DNA from: a virus
Virus record (IMG/VR): IMGVR_UViG_3300034684_000299
Location: 32,001-96,000 of that record
Reading direction: 5' to 3' (one strand)
DNA length: 64,000 nucleotides
This document shows positions 59,235-64,000 of the stretch, piece by piece. Under the pieces are notes generated by a model. The model saw only the letters and a list, made by a program, of their open reading frames with translations, made no database searches and was not told the DNA's origin. A program made the translations under genes and the position numbers. How positions within the stretch are numbered: position 1 is the stretch's first letter; the number at the start of each line of letters is the position of its first letter.

Positions 59235-59513
59235 GTGTTTTGTTTGAAAAACTTTTTTCAAAAATTAAGTGAAATAGCAAAAAAAGTTGGAAGATTTTTT
59301 AAGATACTAGGTATGTTATTAGGAGTATTATTGATTATTGGATATTTAACTGGTGCAGTTATTTACTTCATTTTCCCTTTATTTCATTTAGTTACCATTG
59401 AACCATTTTGGTTTATGATAATAGGTGTTATAGTGTTTGGATTTATCGTTAAAAGTCCTAAGAAAGGCAAATTTATCTCTTGGATTGTAAAAAAATTTCA
59501 ACCAAAAAAATAA
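59235..59513 (+). CDS. Small two-TM membrane protein (start may be TTG 59244)
   Basis: Two hydrophobic helices flanked by basic termini. Confidence 0.6.
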   Translation: MFCLKNFFQKLSEIAKKVGRFFKILGMLLGVLLIIGYLTGAVIYFIFPLFHLVTIEPFWFMIIGVIVFGFIVKSPKKGKFISWIVKKFQPKK

Positions 59514-59577
59514 TCGTTTAACGCTCCTTTTACTAAAAAAAATCAAAATTTTTTGGTATATATTATGTAATTATACG

Positions 59578-59601
59578 AAGTGGGGATTATACCCCACTTT
59601 T
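59578..59601 (+). terminator. Hairpin plus T4 (terminator of the membrane-protein gene or leader hairpin of the AAA operon)
   Basis: aagtgggg-attata-ccccactt-tt. Confidence 0.5.
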
Positions 59602-59623
59602 AAATTTAAAAGGAGGAGTTAAG

Positions 59624-60694
59624 ATGACTTTAAAAGAGAGTATTAAACTCATACTAAAAAGTGGCTATGCACCATTATTGGTTGGACCAGCAGGGGTAGG
59701 AAAAACTGAGTTAGTGAAAGAAATAGCAAAAGAAGAAGGAAGAGATTGCATCATATTGAATCTCAGTGTTATGGAGCCAGGTGATTTATTAGGATTACCA
59801 AGTGATACCAACAAAGAAAAAACTGTTTATTTAAAACCAGAGTGGTTCCCTGAAAAGGAACATTCCATTGTATTCATAGATGAGATCAATAGAAGTAATC
59901 CATTGGTAAGAGCAGGCGTAATGCAATTGATTTTGGATAAAAGGATAATGAACAACATCTTACCAGCTGATACTTGGATAATTTCTGCTATGAATCCAAA
60001 TGAAGATGATCAAGGCGAATATGAAGTTGATGATTTTTCTGACCCAGCATTTCTTGATAGATTTGTACCGTTAAAATTTCAACCAACTCTCAGGGAATGG
60101 ACAGATTGGACAAAAAAGAACGAAATAAAATATATTCCCGATTTTATGAACCAAGAGATAACTCTATGGGAAATGACACAAAGAAATTTTGAGATGCCTA
60201 CAGTTCCCATTACTCCAAGAACACTTGAGAGGATGGATAAAATAACTCAAAAAGCATTCGTTGAATTTACAGATGTTGACCATGTTATAAAAGTTTTAGA
60301 GCCAATAACTATAAGCGTGTTTGGACCTAAAATTAGTCAAAAGTATTTGAATTATTTGAAAGAAAAACAGAAAGAAGTTATAACATTGGAAGATATATAT
60401 TCCGGAAAGTTCAAAACTATGAACGTAGCCGTAGCAGATAACTTATTAGAACTTGTAACTTCTATAACAACGACTTTCTTCAATGAAACCAAAGAATTTG
60501 TATATGACAAACTATCCAACGTAATAGATTTTTTGAAATTAGTTCCACCAGAAACCGCAGGAATATTTTACAGAGTAATATATGAAAGATATGAAGAACT
60601 ATCCAATAAATATCCACTCATGTTTGAAAATACGAAATTCTCTGTAGAAAGTTCCAGATTCTTGAGTGATACAAAAGAAACTCAAGAAAAATGA
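59624..60694 (+). CDS. MoxR-type AAA+ ATPase
   Basis: GPAGVGKT, FIDEINRS, SAMNP, AFLDRF. Confidence 0.9.
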   Translation: MTLKESIKLILKSGYAPLLVGPAGVGKTELVKEIAKEEGRDCIILNLSVMEPGDLLGLPSDTNKEKTVYLKPEWFPEKEHSIVFIDEINRSNPLVRAGVMQLILDKRIMNNILPADTWIISAMNPNEDDQGEYEVDDFSDPAFLDRFVPLKFQPTLREWTDWTKKNEIKYIPDFMNQEITLWEMTQRNFEMPTVPITPRTLERMDKITQKAFVEFTDVDHVIKVLEPITISVFGPKISQKYLNYLKEKQKEVITLEDIYSGKFKTMNVAVADNLLELVTSITTTFFNETKEFVYDKLSNVIDFLKLVPPETAGIFYRVIYERYEELSNKYPLMFENTKFSVESSRFLSDTKETQEK

Positions 60695-60707
60695 AAGGAG
60701 GTACATT

Positions 60708-62303
60708 ATGGATCCTATTCAAAAGCTAAATGAAGCTTTTATAAAAGATTATGGAATAGATGTAGTTGCAACTTTTGACAGAGCAAGAGAATCTTCTATG
60801 ATAACTATTTTAGAAAGTTATGCTCTATCGCAATTCAATATAAGATTAGGATTTCTTGGTGAACAAAATTATATAGATTTCAATACAAAAGAAATATGTA
60901 TTGATGCTTTTTATTGGGCATTCTTGTTAGCTGCAACTAACGAATTAACTCAGGAAAATTTGAGAAAACAATTAATATTTGCAATCAAACATGAAATAAA
61001 TCACTTTCTTTTAAGACATTGGATAAAAAAAGGGCATGCAGAACTTCTCAACATAGCTCAAGACGCTGTAATGAACGATTTACCTAACCTTCAACAATTA
61101 TGTCTAACCAAAGTACATCCCGTTGATCTTGCATTAACAGGAAAATTTCCTACAGTAGAAGTTTCACCTGATGTTTTTGAAAAACCAGAAACTGGAAGAT
61201 TAGCTCAATTATTTTTTATACAAGGTTATCGTTATGGAGTAAAAGGTGCATCAGAACCTTTCAAAGCATATTATTTTAAAGATATACCTTTTACTTCTGA
61301 TAATCTATATGACATCTTGGAAAAACTAGTGGATAAACAAAGTGGTTCAAATGGCAATGAAGATAATAACTCTGATGCTAATGGAAATAATTCTAATCAA
61401 CAAAATCCTAATAACAAATCAAATCAAAATTCTCCAGATAATCAAAACAATTCTTCAAATAATAATAATTCTAATGGTACGACTAATCAAAACACTCCAG
61501 AAAATCAAGGTGAAAACTCTTCAAATAACAATGATGATCCTAAAAAGGATAATGAAGAAAATAAAAACAATCAAGGTAAGGATTCTAAGAACAGAAATAA
61601 GTCTAAGAATCCATTTTTAGAAAATTATCAACCAGACGTAAAAGGAGAAATTGACGAATATCAAAAAGAGTTTCTGGACGAATTATTAAAAGAAATTTTA
61701 GAAGATGCCAAGAAACTAGTTGGTTCTCTCCCAGGAGAATACGAAGGAGTCCTTGAATTAATCAAAAAGAAAAGACAGATCTCTTGGAGACAATTGCTCA
61801 GAACAGCTGCTATGGTTGGAACAAAAACAGAATTACATTATACAACCAAACGTCGTTCTAAAAGATTTCCAAATATGATCCCTGGACATGTAACAAAAAA
61901 GCGAGGTAACATGGATATTGGAATTGATACTTCACTTTCAATTTCCGATGAAGAACTTCAAATGTTTTTGAATGAAGTTCAGTTTCTCGCTAAAAATATG
62001 GATATAACTATTTATCTGTTTGACACAGAAATTCAAGACGTTTTAAAATCCAAAGATTTGAAGAAAAAGAAGATAAATGTAAAAGGCAGAGGAGGAACTG
62101 ACCCAAAAGATTTCTATTTAGAATTAGAAAGGAAAAAATCTAAATTATCAGTTATACTTACTGATGGATATTATTCTGTTGATGATAATCTTATTCCAAA
62201 AAATCATTATATGATATTAACACCAGACTATGCTAAAGAAACTAGACACCAATATGAGAATAAATTGGGCAAAAACCATGTAGCAATTCTAAAAAATATA
62301 TAG
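60708..62303 (+). CDS. VWA-domain protein with N-terminal HExxH metallopeptidase-like motif (start moved from 60666)
   Basis: HEINHFLLRH; MIDAS DTSLS, GRGGTD, LTDGY; Asn-rich linker; SD AGGAGGT before ATG 60708. Confidence 0.85.
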   Translation: MDPIQKLNEAFIKDYGIDVVATFDRARESSMITILESYALSQFNIRLGFLGEQNYIDFNTKEICIDAFYWAFLLAATNELTQENLRKQLIFAIKHEINHFLLRHWIKKGHAELLNIAQDAVMNDLPNLQQLCLTKVHPVDLALTGKFPTVEVSPDVFEKPETGRLAQLFFIQGYRYGVKGASEPFKAYYFKDIPFTSDNLYDILEKLVDKQSGSNGNEDNNSDANGNNSNQQNPNNKSNQNSPDNQNNSSNNNNSNGTTNQNTPENQGENSSNNNDDPKKDNEENKNNQGKDSKNRNKSKNPFLENYQPDVKGEIDEYQKEFLDELLKEILEDAKKLVGSLPGEYEGVLELIKKKRQISWRQLLRTAAMVGTKTELHYTTKRRSKRFPNMIPGHVTKKRGNMDIGIDTSLSISDEELQMFLNEVQFLAKNMDITIYLFDTEIQDVLKSKDLKKKKINVKGRGGTDPKDFYLELERKKSKLSVILTDGYYSVDDNLIPKNHYMILTPDYAKETRHQYENKLGKNHVAILKNI

Positions 62304-62314
62304 GAGGGAAAAAT

Positions 62315-62860
62315 ATGCAGATAGTATTTTTAAGCAATTTGAATTTTGATGAGACAATTACTTTTAGTGATCTATATTCAAAAATAGCTTTTATAGAGAC
62401 TCAAAATGATGACATTGAATCTCCTGATGTACCAATTATAAGGACCAACGATTTCGCTTTATTTAAAATTTCAGATACCGATGTAACCGAAGGTGAGGTT
62501 ATTTACAATCATACTTCTAAAAACTCTGATTTCTTCAGTGAAATGTGGAAGACTTTAATAACCAAGAAGAATATACCAGAATTTATGCGTGAAGTTATAA
62601 AGAATGTTATGGAGCATTATGACCCCAAAATTATCCCTGAAGAAATTATAATCAAAACTCAAACTTTTCCCGCAAATTTTATGAAAGTAAAATTAAATAT
62701 TCCAGAATCCTTATCATCGAATGATATACCCGCATTCTTCACAAGATATCTAGATAAAGATTATAAATTTGCTGCAATTAATAATGTATTCCTACTAAAT
62801 AATGCTTCTTTCGAACAACTAAAAATAGAAGATATTCCAGATTATATAAAGGAAGAATGA
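62315..62860 (+). CDS. Hypothetical protein
   Basis: ORF track; SD AGGAGGG. Confidence 0.65.
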   Translation: MQIVFLSNLNFDETITFSDLYSKIAFIETQNDDIESPDVPIIRTNDFALFKISDTDVTEGEVIYNHTSKNSDFFSEMWKTLITKKNIPEFMREVIKNVMEHYDPKIIPEEIIIKTQTFPANFMKVKLNIPESLSSNDIPAFFTRYLDKDYKFAAINNVFLLNNASFEQLKIEDIPDYIKEE

Positions 62861-63627
62861 CTATGCCTCAAGATACAATTAAAATCCCTAATAGGTTTAT
62901 AAACGTTCGAGATGAAGTTCTCGAACGCTTTCCTTTTTTTATGAAGTTAATAAAAAAAACCATTGAATCTAATAAAAATGTTTTCGATGATAAGAAATTA
63001 ATATATCTTATATTGATGAACAATATTGTGTATAGAGGTCTTGATCCTAATACGTGTATAACTTTTCTATTTTCTAAAGATGAAACAACTAAAAAATTAA
63101 AGTATCAAACAAATGGACCTGAATATCATTTTTATCCATACTCTTATTTTTGGAAAGCTTCTATTCCTTATTTAGTAGAGCAAGAAGATGAAGATGATGT
63201 TTATTATTTTTTTGAAAGACTTAATGAAAGAACTAAACATCTATACAACCCTTTAAACAAAAAAATAAGAACTATTTTTCTAAAATCCAGATTAGTGAAA
63301 TTTATTGATGAATTGAGAGATATATATGGTAAAATAATTGAAGAAGAAATAATCGATCATTTGGATGATTTTATTCCCAAAATAGATTTTATAGATAGAA
63401 ATACGTTTTACAATGTTCCTAGCTTTGGAGGTTTTAGTGTTGATTATTTTCTGCAAATAGAAAGAAAAATAAAAAATATCATTGAAAATACCCACATTTT
63501 CGACATTTCAAATAAAAACAAACTAATAGAAAAACTCATAAAGATTTCTGCTAATACTCAATCCAAAATTTCTGATTCTTTAGTCGATATTCCTGAAAAG
63601 TATATAATAGATCTAGCAAAACTTTGA
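62857..63627 (+). CDS. Hypothetical protein
   Basis: ORF track; ATGA overlap. Confidence 0.6.
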   Translation: MTMPQDTIKIPNRFINVRDEVLERFPFFMKLIKKTIESNKNVFDDKKLIYLILMNNIVYRGLDPNTCITFLFSKDETTKKLKYQTNGPEYHFYPYSYFWKASIPYLVEQEDEDDVYYFFERLNERTKHLYNPLNKKIRTIFLKSRLVKFIDELRDIYGKIIEEEIIDHLDDFIPKIDFIDRNTFYNVPSFGGFSVDYFLQIERKIKNIIENTHIFDISNKNKLIEKLIKISANTQSKISDSLVDIPEKYIIDLAKL

Positions 63628-63728
63628 TAAAACCCCCTGCTATTTTTATGAAAATTCAGCGAGAACACTCTCCAATTTATTGGAGAGATGAAAGCTGAAA
63701 ATACAAGGCGAATTTAAGGCAAAAATCG

Positions 63729-63757
63729 TTGTTAATTACTTACGAATGTGATATAAT
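63729..63757 (+). promoter_or_regulatory. Sigma70-type promoter TTGTTA-17-TATAAT (extended TG) driving a non-coding unit
   Basis: Consensus match with no ORF or SD downstream. Confidence 0.65.
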
Positions 63758-63763
63758 TGTATT

Positions 63764-63920
63764 GCAGTTAGTTCCTGCTTAAAAGAACTCTACCCCAGGA
63801 ACTGGGGGATGTTAAGCCTTTGGAGACTGTGTAAGACGGGCATTCATTGTCGCAACGGTCGATGAATTAGGAAGCTTACCTCTTTAGAGGTAAGTAGTTC
63901 ACGTATTCTGGGGCAAAACG
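63764..63920 (+). ncRNA. Orphan TnpB-type omega/reRNA-like RNA (IS200/IS605 right-end scaffold plus downstream putative guide)
   Basis: ccccag-gaa-ctgggg hairpin, AAGCCTTTGGAG, GTCGATGAA..AGGAAGC, perfect cttacctc-ttta-gaggtaag hairpin and GTAGTTCAC end (63902), as seen at tnpB 3' ends; no tnpB ORF upstream. Confidence 0.65.
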
Positions 63921-63945
63921 AGCTCATCGCTTTGCCCTTTTTTTT
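63911..63945 (+). terminator. Intrinsic terminator closing the ncRNA unit
   Basis: gggcaaa / tttgccc stem followed by a T8 run. Confidence 0.75.
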
Positions 63946-64000
63946 ACTCATTTTTTGGAATTAGAACAAATGCTGTAAAAGGTAACCCAAAGTTATAAAC

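Noticed and set aside
61342-61620. AAT/AAC-rich repetitive DNA and an alternative-frame ORF
   Set aside because: Encodes the Asn-rich linker of the VWA protein; no constant repeat-spacer periodicity, so not a CRISPR array.
63903-63910. Self-targets for the putative guide (GTATTCTG at about 39970 and 50108)
   Set aside because: Only 8-nt matches, expected by chance in 64 kb; no longer match was noticed by eye.
1-64000. tRNA, rRNA, CRISPR array, integrase, DNA polymerase, sigma factor
   Set aside because: None recognised by eye. Intergenic gaps are short and lack cloverleaf or repeat-spacer patterns. tRNAscan-SE and HMM searches would be needed to exclude divergent copies.

Overview
This is a strongly AT-rich, gene-dense 64-kb segment of a large tailed dsDNA phage with a contractile tail (myovirus); no cellular housekeeping operon, tRNA, rRNA or CRISPR array was seen. 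Left to right it carries: (1) a divergent tail block with tail-assembly chaperones joined by a -1 slippery site, the start of a probable tape-measure gene, and a spike; (2) a single-chain beta-beta' RNA polymerase of 2611 aa whose NADYDGD active site is followed by a 514-aa LAGLIDADG intein ending in an atypical Gln-Asp; (3) a replication/recombination block under sigma70-like promoters (DnaG, SNF2-like helicase, PD-(D/E)XK nuclease, NUDIX, HU, SleB-like hydrolase, DnaB, initiator, DnaC-like loader, RusA); (4) a long minus-strand virion block (holin, portal, two tube paralogs, sheath, neck, major capsid, protease, terminase, His-repeat fibres); (5) a MoxR AAA+/VWA pair; and (6) a promoter-driven, terminator-bounded orphan TnpB-type omega/reRNA-like unit. 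The most unusual signals are: stem-loops interposed between the Shine-Dalgarno (SD) sequence and AUG in seven virion-associated genes and none clearly in replication genes; a pervasive hydrophobic-x-K-x-A motif in head and ejection-like proteins (candidate protease cleavage code); a candidate -1 frameshift fusing the holin to a beta-strand domain; the orphan guide-RNA unit; and the QD-terminated intein. Product names come from motifs recognised by eye, with no database search. Several starts are moved from the ORF track on SD evidence. The host cannot be determined from this window.
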